A stretch of 64,000 nucleotides of DNA from Candidatus Kerfeldbacteria bacterium (GCA_047946875.1 CP181398.1:15154-79153); one strand, 5' to 3'. Positions 1 through 10,250 are shown, counted from the first letter of the stretch. Numbers and translations: made by a program. Notes: generated from the sequence alone by a model not told the origin.

Positions 1-16
1 AATGTGATTTTTACCG

Positions 17-49
17 CCCACCCAAGCTATTGTTTGGGTGGGTTTTTTA
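17..49 (+). terminator. Rho-independent terminator (9-bp GC stem cccacccaa/ttgggtggg followed by a T6 run) for an upstream + strand gene outside the window
   Basis: Hairpin plus T-run seen directly in the sequence. Confidence 0.6.
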
Positions 50-112
50 TAACCCTTGCGTAATTTGAATATTGAAGAATTAAAAAAAACCGTTAATTCA
101 GAATCAGACAAG

Positions 113-140
113 GATAATAAAAAAATGGAGTTATCTCCAT
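113..140 (-). terminator. Rho-independent terminator on the minus strand (hairpin atggag-ttat-ctccat followed by a T8 run on the minus strand), downstream of the minus-strand tRNA
   Basis: Hairpin 125-140 with the A-run 113-124 on + (a T-run on minus). Confidence 0.55.
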
Positions 141-247
141 TTATAAAAAGCTGGTGCCCTCGGCAGCCCCGCTTTTAGCGGGATCTTTACTTCGTTACGA
201 GAATCGTGTCGAATCTGTTAGAGTAAGTTAAGTGTTATATTAAAAGA

Positions 248-322
248 TGGTGCCCTCGGCAGGAATCGAACCTACATCTCAGGCTCCGCAAGCTTGCGTC
301 CTATCCGTTGAACGACGAGGGC
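248..322 (-). tRNA. tRNA with a genome-encoded CCA. The hand-folded anticodon loop TTGCGGA gives anticodon GCG (Arg). The isotype is uncertain because the anticodon stem has one A:C mismatch
   Basis: Acceptor stem GCCCTCG/CGAGGGC, D arm, T-loop GGTTCGATTCC and 3' CCA on the reverse complement. Confidence 0.8.
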
Positions 323-345
323 GTATTTTTTTAACAATTTATTAT

Positions 346-849
346 TTATAATCTTAATAAACGGCTAAATCCATCGGAAAAAGATTCATCTTCTTTGTCA
401 GTATCTTCTATTATGTATTCAAGTAATATTTTTCTAATATTAAGTGGATTTTGATTTTCTAAAGAAATGGTAATAGATGGCTTAAATCCAGTTTTAAATT
501 CTAAATATAAATTTTTTACTTCCGGCGGTTCATAAATAATCCAGAATTGTTTTATTTCTTTCCATTCATAAAATGTATTATCACTAATTTGGATACCATC
601 TTCAAAAATTTTAATTTGTAGAGTAAGTGGTTCTCTTTTTGCTCTTATATAATAAATAAATATATACAAAAGAATTATCCCTAAAAATAAGTATCCTTGG
701 GTAGAAATTGCAAAGATAGTCAGACCGATTACTATGAGTGCTATTATTAAGTACCAAATGAATGATCTAGAATATTTTTGGAATTCCGGAAAATCCCATG
801 AAGTTAGCAGTTTACCTGGATCATTTGGAATTTTTTTATCGTCAGTCAT
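346..849 (-). CDS. Hypothetical membrane protein (two predicted TM helices)
   Basis: 167-aa ORF with hydrophobic segments and no recognisable motif. Confidence 0.45.
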   Translation of the reverse strand: MTDDKKIPNDPGKLLTSWDFPEFQKYSRSFIWYLIIALIVIGLTIFAISTQGYLFLGIILLYIFIYYIRAKREPLTLQIKIFEDGIQISDNTFYEWKEIKQFWIIYEPPEVKNLYLEFKTGFKPSITISLENQNPLNIRKILLEYIIEDTDKEDESFSDGFSRLLRL

Positions 850-864
850 ATAATTTAGTTGTTA

Positions 865-1089
865 TTAAATCAATTCTTTTAAAGATTCAATATGCTTTTC
901 TGTAACATGCTCTGAGTTTCTGATTAATATGTTTCTTAGAAGCCATTTAGTATTTTCTGGTTTTGAAATATCCCTTCTATGTATAGGTAAGTCTAGTTCA
1001 GGACTATTGATAAATATTTGTAATTCATTAGTTGAAGTTTCTGAATTTTCATTTGCATTTTGATGAAAATTATTTTCTCTATTTTCCAT
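865..1089 (-). CDS. Hypothetical small protein
   Basis: 74-aa ORF with no motif. Confidence 0.3.
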   Translation of the reverse strand: MENRENNFHQNANENSETSTNELQIFINSPELDLPIHRRDISKPENTKWLLRNILIRNSEHVTEKHIESLKELI

Positions 1090-1197
1090 AATGATATTAT
1101 TTGATAGACAGGAAATTTTTATCGATGCCTTCTTTTGTAAGAAGAGCGGAGAGGGTGGTCCCGCTAGTCAGCGGGATAAAGATTCTCTCTTTTTTAT

Positions 1198-1287
1198 TGG
1201 CGGTGGGAGTGGGATTCGAACCCACGAAGGGCTTGCACCCTTACTGGTTTTCAAGACCAGCGCCTTCAACCACTCAGCCATCCCACC
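1198..1287 (-). tRNA. tRNA-Ser (anticodon TGA), type II with a long variable arm, CCA encoded
   Basis: Acceptor GGTGGGA/TCCCACC, anticodon loop CTTGAAA, long variable arm, T-loop GGTTCGAATCC, discriminator G. Confidence 0.9.
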
Positions 1288-1583
1288 TTGTTTGATTATG
1301 TTTTCAGTTAAAAGAAGATTTGTATTTGAAGTCTCATTTATCCCGTCCATTGTGAAGTTCAACCCTTGTCCCGCCAACGGCGGGAACTTTGGCACTTCTC
1401 CTTGAAGTATTTTAGGCTTTGTCTTGAACTTTAACTATATAATTAGTATATATGTTTTTTTGTCCTTTGAACAGTATATTTTGCCTATTTTTTGTTAATT
1501 AAGCTAATATATATGGATTTTTCATCAACAATGCAGACTATCATACATATTTGGTAGTTGGCAATAGATGATGGTTTAAAACT

Positions 1584-2954
1584 CTAGATATTTTTAATAA
1601 CAGAGCCAGCCGGTGTGTCTTCGACTTGAAAGCCATTGTTTTCAATTTGTTTACGTAGTTCGTCAGCTTGATCATAATTTTTTTCGATGCGGGCAGTTTC
1701 TCGTTCAGTTACTAACTTTTTTACTTCAGCAGAGACATTAATTGGCTTAGCTTGTGCAAGATCAAGACCTAGCACCTCATCAAATTTGAGCAGAGAAGCT
1801 TTTTTTGCTTCAGGAGGATAGTCTGATTTTAATAAATCCCAAACGACAGCCAAGGCTTTTGGAGTGTTAAGGTCATCGTTGATTGCATCTATAAAGTGTT
1901 GTTCGAATTCAGCGCAGCCTACTTTAGGCTCACCATATTCTGCAGCAAAAGATGTTAAATTATCAAGAGCATTTTGAGCAGCGTCGAGTGCTTCCCATGA
2001 GAATGATAATTTTTTTCGATAATGTGTTCCTAAGACAAAATAACGATAGGCTAAAGGGTTGTATCCTTTTTCTTTGAATGTATCAAGTTTTACGAAATTG
2101 TTTTCTGATTTGGCCATTTTTTCTTCTTTCCCTAGTATTAGGAATTCATTATGCATCCAGAAGTTTACAAATTTTTTATTTGTTACTGCTTCTGTCTGTG
2201 CAATTTCATTGGTATGATGAACTGCGATATGATCTATTCCTCCACAGTGGATATCAAAGTGTTCACCAAGATATTTAGCTGCCATTACGGAGCACTCCAA
2301 ATGCCATCCTGGGAAACCTATGCCCCAAGGAGATTCCCATTCCATTTGACGCTTAGTATCTTTGGGAGAAAATTTCCACAAAGCGAAGTCAGTGGCGTTA
2401 CGTTTTTCTTCATTTTTTTTTATTCGAGCCCCTTCTTGTAGTTCGTTAAGATTTTGGCCTGTCAGTTTACCGTAGTCGTTAAGTTTACTTGTGTCGAAAT
2501 ATATACCATCTGATATTTGATAAGTAAATCCTTTTTCTTCTAATTTTTTTATCCAATCAATCTGTTCTGGGATATGGTCAGTTGCTTTGGCCCAAGTATC
2601 CGGTTCTAGAAGATTGAGATCTTTCATATTTTCTTTAAAAGCTTTGGTATAGAATTTGGCAATTTCCCATACTGTTTTATTTTGAGCTGCTGCACTTTTT
2701 TCCATTTTATCATCACCTTCATCTGCATCGGAAGTTAAGTGTCCAACATCGGTGATATTCATGACATGATTCACTTTAAAATTATTTGCAAGAAGAGTTC
2801 GTTTTAAAATGTCCTCAAAAATGTAACTACGTAAGTTACCGATATGTGCATAATTATAAACAGTCGGACCGCAGGTATATAATTTCACAACATTTTTTTC
2901 TATAGGACAAAAAACATCCTTCTTTCGTGTTAGGGTGTTGTAAAATTTTAGCAT
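1584..2954 (-). CDS. cysS: Cysteinyl-tRNA synthetase
   Basis: Class I motifs CGPTVY-YAHIGN, WH(L)ECS and a KMAKS (KMSKS-like) motif; 456 aa. Confidence 0.9.
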   Translation of the reverse strand: MLKFYNTLTRKKDVFCPIEKNVVKLYTCGPTVYNYAHIGNLRSYIFEDILKRTLLANNFKVNHVMNITDVGHLTSDADEGDDKMEKSAAAQNKTVWEIAKFYTKAFKENMKDLNLLEPDTWAKATDHIPEQIDWIKKLEEKGFTYQISDGIYFDTSKLNDYGKLTGQNLNELQEGARIKKNEEKRNATDFALWKFSPKDTKRQMEWESPWGIGFPGWHLECSVMAAKYLGEHFDIHCGGIDHIAVHHTNEIAQTEAVTNKKFVNFWMHNEFLILGKEEKMAKSENNFVKLDTFKEKGYNPLAYRYFVLGTHYRKKLSFSWEALDAAQNALDNLTSFAAEYGEPKVGCAEFEQHFIDAINDDLNTPKALAVVWDLLKSDYPPEAKKASLLKFDEVLGLDLAQAKPINVSAEVKKLVTERETARIEKNYDQADELRKQIENNGFQVEDTPAGSVIKNI

Positions 2955-3018
2955 AGGGTAGTGAATTAGATGTTTTTTAATATAATAAAGAGAAGTTAAA
3001 TTCTTTATTACATAGGTA

Positions 3019-3534
3019 TTATAAGGGTTTTTTAGCTCTTTGAAAAGGGTGAGATTTGAGGCATGTGGGTTGGGGGACGAATTTTAATTTTATGTTACTA
3101 ATTATTAGGTCGTAGCTAGATAATAATCTTGCTTTTGTATATTTAGTCTGTTTTTCTATATCTTTTTCCTTACTTTCCAAAATTTTAAATTTGTCATACC
3201 ACGGGTTATCTATAGTAACATAGGGTGGAAGCTCAACATCAGGAAACTGATCAGCAGTTATTTCTACGAAAATATTTTCTTTTTGAAGCCAGGCATGAGA
3301 TTGATAACTATTGTTATTATTATTTCTAATTTCACCTAAGGTATATTCGAATATACCTTGATTCATATCATTTAAATATTTTCCTAATAGTAAGGAGGAT
3401 TCTCCACATGAATCTTTTGGAAAATTTCGTAGATTACCAATTAAAGAGTTTTTATTACATTTCAAAAGTGCAATTCTAAATTCAGTTGCTAATTTTTCAA
3501 GATATTCTAATTCTTTATCTTTTTTATCTACCAT
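3019..3534 (-). CDS. Hypothetical protein
   Basis: 171-aa ORF with no recognisable domain. Confidence 0.4.
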   Translation of the reverse strand: MVDKKDKELEYLEKLATEFRIALLKCNKNSLIGNLRNFPKDSCGESSLLLGKYLNDMNQGIFEYTLGEIRNNNNNSYQSHAWLQKENIFVEITADQFPDVELPPYVTIDNPWYDKFKILESKEKDIEKQTKYTKARLLSSYDLIISNIKLKFVPQPTCLKSHPFQRAKKPL

Positions 3535-3555
3535 GATTTATATTGTTTAGGTAAT

Positions 3556-4311
3556 TTATACACCATCTTTGTTAACCTCATTAGGAAATTGTATCTTAAC
3601 CAAATTAATGATGTTTTCCAAGCTGTTATACAAAAATTGATACTGTTCTGCTAAAAATTGGGGTTTTTCATCTCTATCTTTTTGTTGCTTTTCTAATATT
3701 TCTGACTCATCACTCTTTTCAACTAAATTTTTTATAATAGCATAATAACTTGTTTGATTGTGTATTATTTCATTTCGATAGGGGTTAATAATTATTTTGT
3801 ATTCTTTATCACGAAATTTTTTTAATTTAAAATAGTAATTATTTCCATAACAATCCTTATTAATTTTATCAATTACTTTATCAAAATAAATATTTTTATC
3901 GTTTTTAATCTCCTCAAAAAATACATTTAAAAAATTACCCACCCTATTCCATGTGCTGTATAGTCTACTGTAGCCATCGTCCAGAAAGAAACAAAATAGC
4001 CAGTCAATATTTGAGGGGTTATATCCAGCGACGATTGGAGTTAATCCTAACTTTTTATAAAATAATACACTGGCAATTGAATATCTAAGACCGTCAATGC
4101 ATAATAGTAAATCATCCCAAATATAATCTACTTGGCCTTCTTTGTTAAATTTATTTTTTAAATAATTAATGCAATTTTTAAACTCAAGGTTTCTACTATT
4201 ATAACATTCATCTAGTTTATATTTTTCAGCTACACCTACAATGATATCATAATGGTTTTTTGTGATTTGTAGCGACTCGCGATTTAACTTTAGATCTAGT
4301 TTAGACAACAT
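3556..4311 (-). CDS. Hypothetical protein with a possible HEPN-like R-x4-H motif (PYRNEIIHNQ). Possibly Abi-like
   Basis: 251-aa ORF. The single RNxxxH motif is only weak evidence. Confidence 0.4.
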   Translation of the reverse strand: MLSKLDLKLNRESLQITKNHYDIIVGVAEKYKLDECYNSRNLEFKNCINYLKNKFNKEGQVDYIWDDLLLCIDGLRYSIASVLFYKKLGLTPIVAGYNPSNIDWLFCFFLDDGYSRLYSTWNRVGNFLNVFFEEIKNDKNIYFDKVIDKINKDCYGNNYYFKLKKFRDKEYKIIINPYRNEIIHNQTSYYAIIKNLVEKSDESEILEKQQKDRDEKPQFLAEQYQFLYNSLENIINLVKIQFPNEVNKDGV

Positions 4312-4364
4312 GGATCACGCTTTTTAAATTAATTACTAGATGAGAGTTTTTGATTATTTTAATA

Positions 4365-5366
4365 TTATTGTTGATATTCCATATAACATTTCATTGTTTC
4401 TTTTTCTCCAGACAGATATGCTCCTTCAAAAAACAACTCATTTTCTCCTGGCTCAAAATCAAAATATATAATTGTATTAAAGCTATTGCCATTTAATTCA
4501 ATATTTTTATCATTAACAGTTAGAGTTGAACCGGCAAAAGATCCTCTGATTTGGATTTCTTTTTCTGACAGGTACTCGTCAGGCAATAACTTCTCTCCAA
4601 ATCTTAAACACTTATTTGCCCCATCACTATCTTTTTCAATAAGTGGTCTCATAATTGTTAGATGTAGTGGCATACGTTGCACTGCCTCATTCGTAGTAAT
4701 TGTTTTGCTATTTATATTCTGATTGTTATTATTCTCTTTATCTAGTACGGCGATAAAACCTGCAATTAACATAATAATTAGGAATACAAAAAATATCCAC
4801 AAATCAAGCTGTTTCTTTTTTTCAATTTTTTTTGTGATTTTTTTCTTTACAAATATCACTACAGTTTTTGCTATTTTATCGTGCCAACTTAACTTCTCTT
4901 TACTAAAAGCAATTGCAATATAACCCATAAATAATATACTTGATGGAATTTTCCCCAATGACCTAATAAATGCAATATTATAATCAATCGGTTCTAAATC
5001 TCTAGTAACTACCCTGAGGCCTAATAATTTTTTTCCTATCGTTGAACCGCTTTTACCTTCAAAATAGATAAAGTACCCCCAAGTTAAAAACAGATAAAGA
5101 ATAATAAAAACTATATATTCATCTTGAAAACTAGGTGACAATATATACAAAATTACTAAAAATATACAATTAATAAATCCGTCAATTAAATAAGCAAAAA
5201 ATCTAATCCAAAATCCTGCATATTTAACAGTATCAATTTCTTGTTTTTGCTCTGAATATTTAATATTTTCTTGTTTGTTTTGTTTTATTTCTTGAGCTTT
5301 ATAGCCACAGTATTTACAAAATTTTACCCCTTCCGATATTTGTTTTCCACATTGTTCACAAAACAT
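4365..5366 (-). CDS. Zinc-ribbon plus RDD-family membrane protein with a C-terminal extracytoplasmic domain
   Basis: N-terminal CxxC...CxxC (MFCEQCG...CKYCG), then multi-TM RDD-like region (WIRFFAYLIDGFIN). Confidence 0.6.
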   Translation of the reverse strand: MFCEQCGKQISEGVKFCKYCGYKAQEIKQNKQENIKYSEQKQEIDTVKYAGFWIRFFAYLIDGFINCIFLVILYILSPSFQDEYIVFIILYLFLTWGYFIYFEGKSGSTIGKKLLGLRVVTRDLEPIDYNIAFIRSLGKIPSSILFMGYIAIAFSKEKLSWHDKIAKTVVIFVKKKITKKIEKKKQLDLWIFFVFLIIMLIAGFIAVLDKENNNNQNINSKTITTNEAVQRMPLHLTIMRPLIEKDSDGANKCLRFGEKLLPDEYLSEKEIQIRGSFAGSTLTVNDKNIELNGNSFNTIIYFDFEPGENELFFEGAYLSGEKETMKCYMEYQQ

Positions 5367-5424
5367 ATTATTTTCTAAATTTAATAATTAAACATATCAA
5401 GAAATCCATTATCTCGGTTACATG

Positions 5425-5600
5425 GGTTGGATCCGATACTTAGTTGTCTTGGCGGAGAGAGGGATTTACGCCTCGCCTCTGCTTTACAGAGGCTCGTTGT
5501 CCTGGGCAGAGCTGAATGTTCCCAGGGTCACATTCATCTACACTCGTCTATCGCTACGCTCTGTCTCGTTTCTGCCCGTTCGAATCCTAGTTATTTAATA
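5425..5600 (-). ncRNA. Candidate structured ncRNA or tRNA-derived pseudogene. It is a GC-rich (about 55%) island with several stable hairpins, and one segment resembles the 3' T-arm/acceptor of the adjacent tRNA-Ser
   Basis: Local GC spike in a 30% GC genome. Hairpins gcctctg/cagaggc and cctggg/cccagg. + strand 5452-5475 (ggcggagagagggatttacgcctcg) parallels tRNA-Ser 5649-5675. The overlapping + ORF 5427-5618 has atypical composition. Confidence 0.35.
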
Positions 5601-5649
5601 ATCCGTGTTAGAGTATAACTATAAAATTACTAAAATATATTCGTTCATT

Positions 5650-5737
5650 CGGAGAGAGAGGGATTCGAACCCTCGAGACCCGTGAAGGGCCTAACACCTT
5701 AGCAGGGTGCCCCGTTCAACCACTCCGGCATCTCTCC
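5650..5737 (-). tRNA. tRNA-Ser (anticodon GCT), type II, CCA not encoded
   Basis: Acceptor GGAGAGA/TCTCTCC, anticodon loop CTGCTAA, long variable arm, T-loop GGTTCGAATCC, discriminator G. Confidence 0.9.
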
Positions 5738-5749
5738 TCGTTAATAATG

Positions 5750-6460
5750 TTATAGATCACCTCTAGCAATTACTAGTCCCCAAATTTTTTTTACTCCAGC
5801 TTTTTTTAGAATTTCAGCACACTCTTCTAGTGTGGATAGGGTAGTAGCAACATCATCTATGATTATAACATTTTTATTGATAAAATCAAGAGATTTATTG
5901 ATTTTAAAAGCTGATTTTACATTTAAAATTCTTTCTTTTCTCGATAATTTAGTTTGAGTTTCAGTATTTTTGCCTCGATAAATAATATTAGGATTATACG
6001 GACTATTAGTTTTTTTAGCAATACTTGATGCTAGTAAATTGGATTGGTTAAAACCTCTTTCAAGTAGCCTTTTTTTATATAAGGGCATAGGAATAAATAC
6101 ATATTGTTCAGATTTTAGTTTTATATCGTTATTAAGATATTTATTAAATGTTTTTAGTAATAGTTTTGATAAGGGATATCGTAGATCCGTGATATATTTG
6201 TATTTAAAGTTATGAATTAATTTTTGAATTAATTGTTCATTTAAACTGGTGGCCACTAACAATCCATCTAGATTGGAATGACTTGTACATTTTTTACATG
6301 TTTCTCCATTATTTTTGATTCTGCATATAGGACAGGTTTGTTTATTGAGAAGATTAATTTTTTCAAAGCATTTATTACATAACCACAAATCATCTTGTCC
6401 ACATTGTAGACATTGTTTAGGAAATATAATATCTAGTATAAAATTTATTATTTTGTTCAT
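5750..6460 (-). CDS. comFC: ComF-family protein (ComFC-like): double zinc ribbon plus phosphoribosyltransferase domain
   Basis: N-terminal Cys pairs (CLQCG...CNKCF...CPICR...CKKC) and PRTase motif VIIIDDVATTLSTL. Confidence 0.8.
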   Translation of the reverse strand: MNKIINFILDIIFPKQCLQCGQDDLWLCNKCFEKINLLNKQTCPICRIKNNGETCKKCTSHSNLDGLLVATSLNEQLIQKLIHNFKYKYITDLRYPLSKLLLKTFNKYLNNDIKLKSEQYVFIPMPLYKKRLLERGFNQSNLLASSIAKKTNSPYNPNIIYRGKNTETQTKLSRKERILNVKSAFKINKSLDFINKNVIIIDDVATTLSTLEECAEILKKAGVKKIWGLVIARGDL

Positions 6461-6515
6461 AAAAACTTCCCATTTATAAGTGGGAAGGTTTTAAATAGTA
6501 ACTTTATTTGTTTAA

Positions 6516-9005
6516 TTATTTTAGCACAATCTCATCATTTTTGGTAGTAACTTTTATAGTGCTTCCTGGTTTAAATCTATTATGTAATAGTTCTTTTGCT
6601 ATTTCATTTTCGATCATTTCCTGTACGAATCTTCGGATAGCTCTAGCTCCTTGGTCTGGAGTAAAACTTTTTTTAGATATTAATTTAATAGTACTACTAT
6701 CTATTTTTATCTTTAAATCTTGTTCTTGTAATTTCTTTTCTAAATTTTTTAATTCTAAAGCTACAATCTTTTCAATAACTTCTTTAGTAAGTGGTTTGAA
6801 AACAATAATTTTATCTAGTCTGTTTAGAAGTTCTGGTCTAAAGCTTTGTTTCAAATCTTCAAGTACTTTTGTTTTCATTTTTTCAAATTGTTCCTTGGCA
6901 GTTTCTTGGTCTTCTTTAGTTTTTGCTCCAAATCCCATTGAAGCAGTTTTATTAAGACTAGACATTCCAATATTAGAAGTCATTATAATAATGGTATTTT
7001 TGAAATTTGTTTGCCTACCAGATGCATCAGTTAGGTGGCCATCTTCTAATATTTGTAGCAGTAGATTAAATACTTCTGGATGAGCTTTTTCTATTTCATC
7101 AAATAGCACAACTGAATAAGGTCGTCTTCTTACGGGTTCTGTAAGTTTATTACCTTCTTTATATCCTACATAACCAGCGGGAGCACCAATTAGTTTGGAG
7201 ACGTTAAAGCTTTCTACAAATTCAGACATATCTATTCTGATTAATGCTTTTTCATCTTCAAATATAGTTTTAGCAAGTACTTTAGCTGTTTCTGTTTTAC
7301 CGACACCAGATGGGCCCAAGAAAATAAATGAAGCAATAGGTCTATTAGGATCAGACAAGCCAACACGTGAACGACGGATAAAGTCAGCAACAATCTTAAG
7401 TGTTTCGTCTTGACCAATAATTTTCTCTGCTAGAATCTTTTCTAGATTTATTAGTCTTTCTTTTTCACTAATAACTAGGTCGTGTAGTGGTACTTTAGTT
7501 ATTTGTGAAATAACTTCAGCGATATCATCTTTAGTAATTTTTCCAATGAATTTTTTTTCGGATAGCGATTGCTTGTGTCTTAGACCAGATAGTTTCTCTA
7601 ATAAAATATTTTCTTTCACTTTCACTTTAACTGCATGTTCATAATTTTCTTTATTTACTAGCTCATTCTTTTCATCCTTCAATTTTTCTATACTTTTCTC
7701 AAGTTGATGTATTTCTTTTAACAGTCCATCGCCTTTATGTCTGATTTTAATTTTAGAAGCTGCTTCATCTATTAGATCAATAGCTTTGTCAGGTAAAAAT
7801 TTATCTTGTAAATATCTTTCACTTAAAGTTACTGCTGCTTCAATGGCCTCATCTGTGATGTGAACCAAATGATATTTTTCATAATTTTCTTTAATACCTT
7901 TAAGAACTTCTTTTGTTTCATCGAATGACGCCTCTTCAATAATTATAGGTTGAAACCTCCTTTCTAACGCAGTATCTGATTCAATATATTTCCTATATTC
8001 GTCTAAGGTAGTAGCTCCGATGGTCCTGATCTCTCCTTTTGCAAGAGCTGGTTTCAAAATATTTGCTGCGTCCATAGATCCGGCAGCTGAGCCCGTACCA
8101 ATTATTGTATGTAATTCATCAATGAATAGTATTATATTTGGATCTTTCTTAATCTCATCAATTATTTGTTTGAAGCGACTTTCGAATTCTCCACGATATA
8201 TAGTGCCAGCAATAACTAAACTTAAATCAAGTTTAAGTATTTTTTTATTAAGCAATACATCTGGCACATCTCCAGCAATAATTTTTTTTGCTAGTCCTTC
8301 TACTATTGCAGTTTTACCAACGCCTGGCTCACCAATTAATACGGGATTATTTTTGGTCCTACGTGAAAGTATATGAATCAAGCGATCAATCTCTGTTAGT
8401 CTTCCGATGACTGGATCAATACTTTTTTGTAGGCGATCGTTTGTAAGATTTGTAGCAAAGAAATCGAGAGCAGGGCGTGATGAAGAATTTTTTTCCTTAT
8501 TTGATTTGTCTGATTCTTTTGATTTGTCAAAAATTTGAGTTAAATCTGGAAATTTTGAAGTACTATTCATAACTGTATTCAAATGTGATTTTAGCTTATT
8601 TAGGTTTATTCGATTATTTTCCCATAAAGACATTAAAGCAGGAATATCGATTTGGATTAAACTATATAGTAGATGCTCCGTACCAATATATTTATGATTA
8701 TTTTGATGGGCAATTAAGGCTGCTTTTTCGATAACTTTTTTTGTATTGTCGTGAGTTTGAATATTGTTAGAGTTTTTATCATTAATTGGTTTATTATTTT
8801 TAATGATTTGACTACGTATTCTTTCTGAAGTTAATCCTTTTTGGATTAGTATTTCTGTAGCAATACTACCTTTTTGTAATATAAGACCATAAATCAAGTG
8901 CTCAGGATTGACGTATTCATGACCAAGTGAAATACCAAGTTCGCGAGCTTTCTTTAGGGAGCTCTTTAGGTGGGTTGTAAATTTATCTAGAATATTATTA
9001 TTCAT
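6516..9005 (-). CDS. clpC: ATP-dependent Clp protease ATP-binding subunit (ClpC-like class I AAA+ chaperone; ClpB not excluded)
   Basis: Two Clp_N repeats and two AAA+ modules (GEPGVGKTAIVEGLA; LGPSGVGKTETAKVLA); 829 aa. Confidence 0.85.
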   Translation of the reverse strand: MNNNILDKFTTHLKSSLKKARELGISLGHEYVNPEHLIYGLILQKGSIATEILIQKGLTSERIRSQIIKNNKPINDKNSNNIQTHDNTKKVIEKAALIAHQNNHKYIGTEHLLYSLIQIDIPALMSLWENNRINLNKLKSHLNTVMNSTSKFPDLTQIFDKSKESDKSNKEKNSSSRPALDFFATNLTNDRLQKSIDPVIGRLTEIDRLIHILSRRTKNNPVLIGEPGVGKTAIVEGLAKKIIAGDVPDVLLNKKILKLDLSLVIAGTIYRGEFESRFKQIIDEIKKDPNIILFIDELHTIIGTGSAAGSMDAANILKPALAKGEIRTIGATTLDEYRKYIESDTALERRFQPIIIEEASFDETKEVLKGIKENYEKYHLVHITDEAIEAAVTLSERYLQDKFLPDKAIDLIDEAASKIKIRHKGDGLLKEIHQLEKSIEKLKDEKNELVNKENYEHAVKVKVKENILLEKLSGLRHKQSLSEKKFIGKITKDDIAEVISQITKVPLHDLVISEKERLINLEKILAEKIIGQDETLKIVADFIRRSRVGLSDPNRPIASFIFLGPSGVGKTETAKVLAKTIFEDEKALIRIDMSEFVESFNVSKLIGAPAGYVGYKEGNKLTEPVRRRPYSVVLFDEIEKAHPEVFNLLLQILEDGHLTDASGRQTNFKNTIIIMTSNIGMSSLNKTASMGFGAKTKEDQETAKEQFEKMKTKVLEDLKQSFRPELLNRLDKIIVFKPLTKEVIEKIVALELKNLEKKLQEQDLKIKIDSSTIKLISKKSFTPDQGARAIRRFVQEMIENEIAKELLHNRFKPGSTIKVTTKNDEIVLK

Positions 9006-9124
9006 AATTATATTGTTTATTGTATGTGCATTATATTATAAAAAAACACCTCTCACAAGTCAAAAGGTGCTTTTCTGATTTTTTTTGTAGTAATTAGTTA
9101 TATATCTATTTGGTAATAATACTA

Positions 9125-10234
9125 TCAATACCAGGACCAAATACTATCCAGATAATAGAATAACGCTATTATAATTAATGGTATTGAAGCCCAGCCAACA
9201 ACTGAAGTTGTGATAAGATGCCATTTTTTTTGAGGAATTGGTAGTTCAGCTCCTTTTAGATCCGTTAGACTTCTATAGATTGCATAGTTAAAACAAAAAC
9301 CAAAAGGTATAGCCAAAATATAAAATAAGTTAGAAATTATTTGACTGATTAAATATTGATCCATTGCAAGTAGTCCAAAATTTAGAATCATAATTGGTAT
9401 GCCTATAGCGAGTGATAGCACAACATTACTTATTAATACTTGCCACCAATATCCACGAACAAATTCTTTACTTCTAAGTACAGCTTGCATACCACGCACA
9501 TTTTCTAGAACTAAAATATAGATTGCCAAACTAAACCAAATGGAAAATATTATTCCTGGGATACCCAAGAGCATGCCAGCTCCCATTGTTAGAAAACCTA
9601 CTATTATATTAACCCACCACATAGGTAATACTAGTTTAAACGCGTTGCCTAGTATTGTCCCTATAGAAACACCTTCATGATGTATAGTAAGTATTAAGGC
9701 TATTTGCATTAAAGTAAATACCAGAGCAATCAAAAATACAAACAAGAGCATACCAATAAATCCCATTGCATATAATATATAAGGAGATTGATAAAAAATA
9801 TCACCAATAAATTCGAGACCGCTAGAAAATAATGTAAACCCAAATATTGCAAATACAATTCCAAGTAGTACAGAACTGATTAGTCCAGTAATTATTAAGA
9901 TAACTAATAATTTGCCAATTTTTCTTTTGTATAAATCCCAAGAATAGCTAAATAAATCACCAATACCAGGGAATGATGCCGTGCCCGAAAAGGCGTTATT
10001 CTCTTTTTCTCTACCTTCTTGATCTCTTGTCTCTTTCTGAAATTTTTCTGCAGGACTAAATATTTTTTCTTTATCTTTGAGCGTATTATTTTGTTTATGG
10101 TAAGCACCAACTAATACTTTATTTATCTGTATATCACTCCAACCCTGAGCTTTTAGCTGGTTTTGTATTTCCATATCAGAAAGACCTTTAGCACGAGCTT
10201 GTTCAAGCCATTTATTTATATCATTATTAGCCAT
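9125..10234 (-). CDS. Polytopic membrane protein of unknown function with a small soluble N-terminal domain
   Basis: 369 aa with about 8 hydrophobic helices. Confidence 0.5.
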   Translation of the reverse strand: MANNDINKWLEQARAKGLSDMEIQNQLKAQGWSDIQINKVLVGAYHKQNNTLKDKEKIFSPAEKFQKETRDQEGREKENNAFSGTASFPGIGDLFSYSWDLYKRKIGKLLVILIITGLISSVLLGIVFAIFGFTLFSSGLEFIGDIFYQSPYILYAMGFIGMLLFVFLIALVFTLMQIALILTIHHEGVSIGTILGNAFKLVLPMWWVNIIVGFLTMGAGMLLGIPGIIFSIWFSLAIYILVLENVRGMQAVLRSKEFVRGYWWQVLISNVVLSLAIGIPIMILNFGLLAMDQYLISQIISNLFYILAIPFGFCFNYAIYRSLTDLKGAELPIPQKKWHLITTSVVGWASIPLIIIALFYYLDSIWSWY

Positions 10235-10250
10235 AGTTTTTTATTTTTAA

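Noticed and set aside
147-322. Intact prophage or ICE integrated at the tRNA
   Set aside because: Only about 86 bp separate the tRNA from its 15-nt 3' repeat, and no integrase is present. At most this is a scar
1091-1405. ORFs 1091-1405, 1101-1295 (+) and 1168-1395 (-) overlapping tRNA-Ser(TGA)
   Set aside because: They span a tRNA gene and GC-rich hairpins with no RBS or coding signal, so they are spurious
5425-5600. tmRNA (ssrA) as the identity of the GC-rich island
   Set aside because: It lacks a GGGG 5' acceptor with a 3' T-arm-acceptor-CCA pairing, has no tag-peptide reading frame ending in AA-stop, and is too short (about 175 nt)
5427-5618. + strand ORF MDPILSCLGGERDL... in the GC-rich island
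   Set aside because: Its composition and codon usage differ strongly from all other genes. The region is more plausibly a structured RNA or pseudo-tRNA
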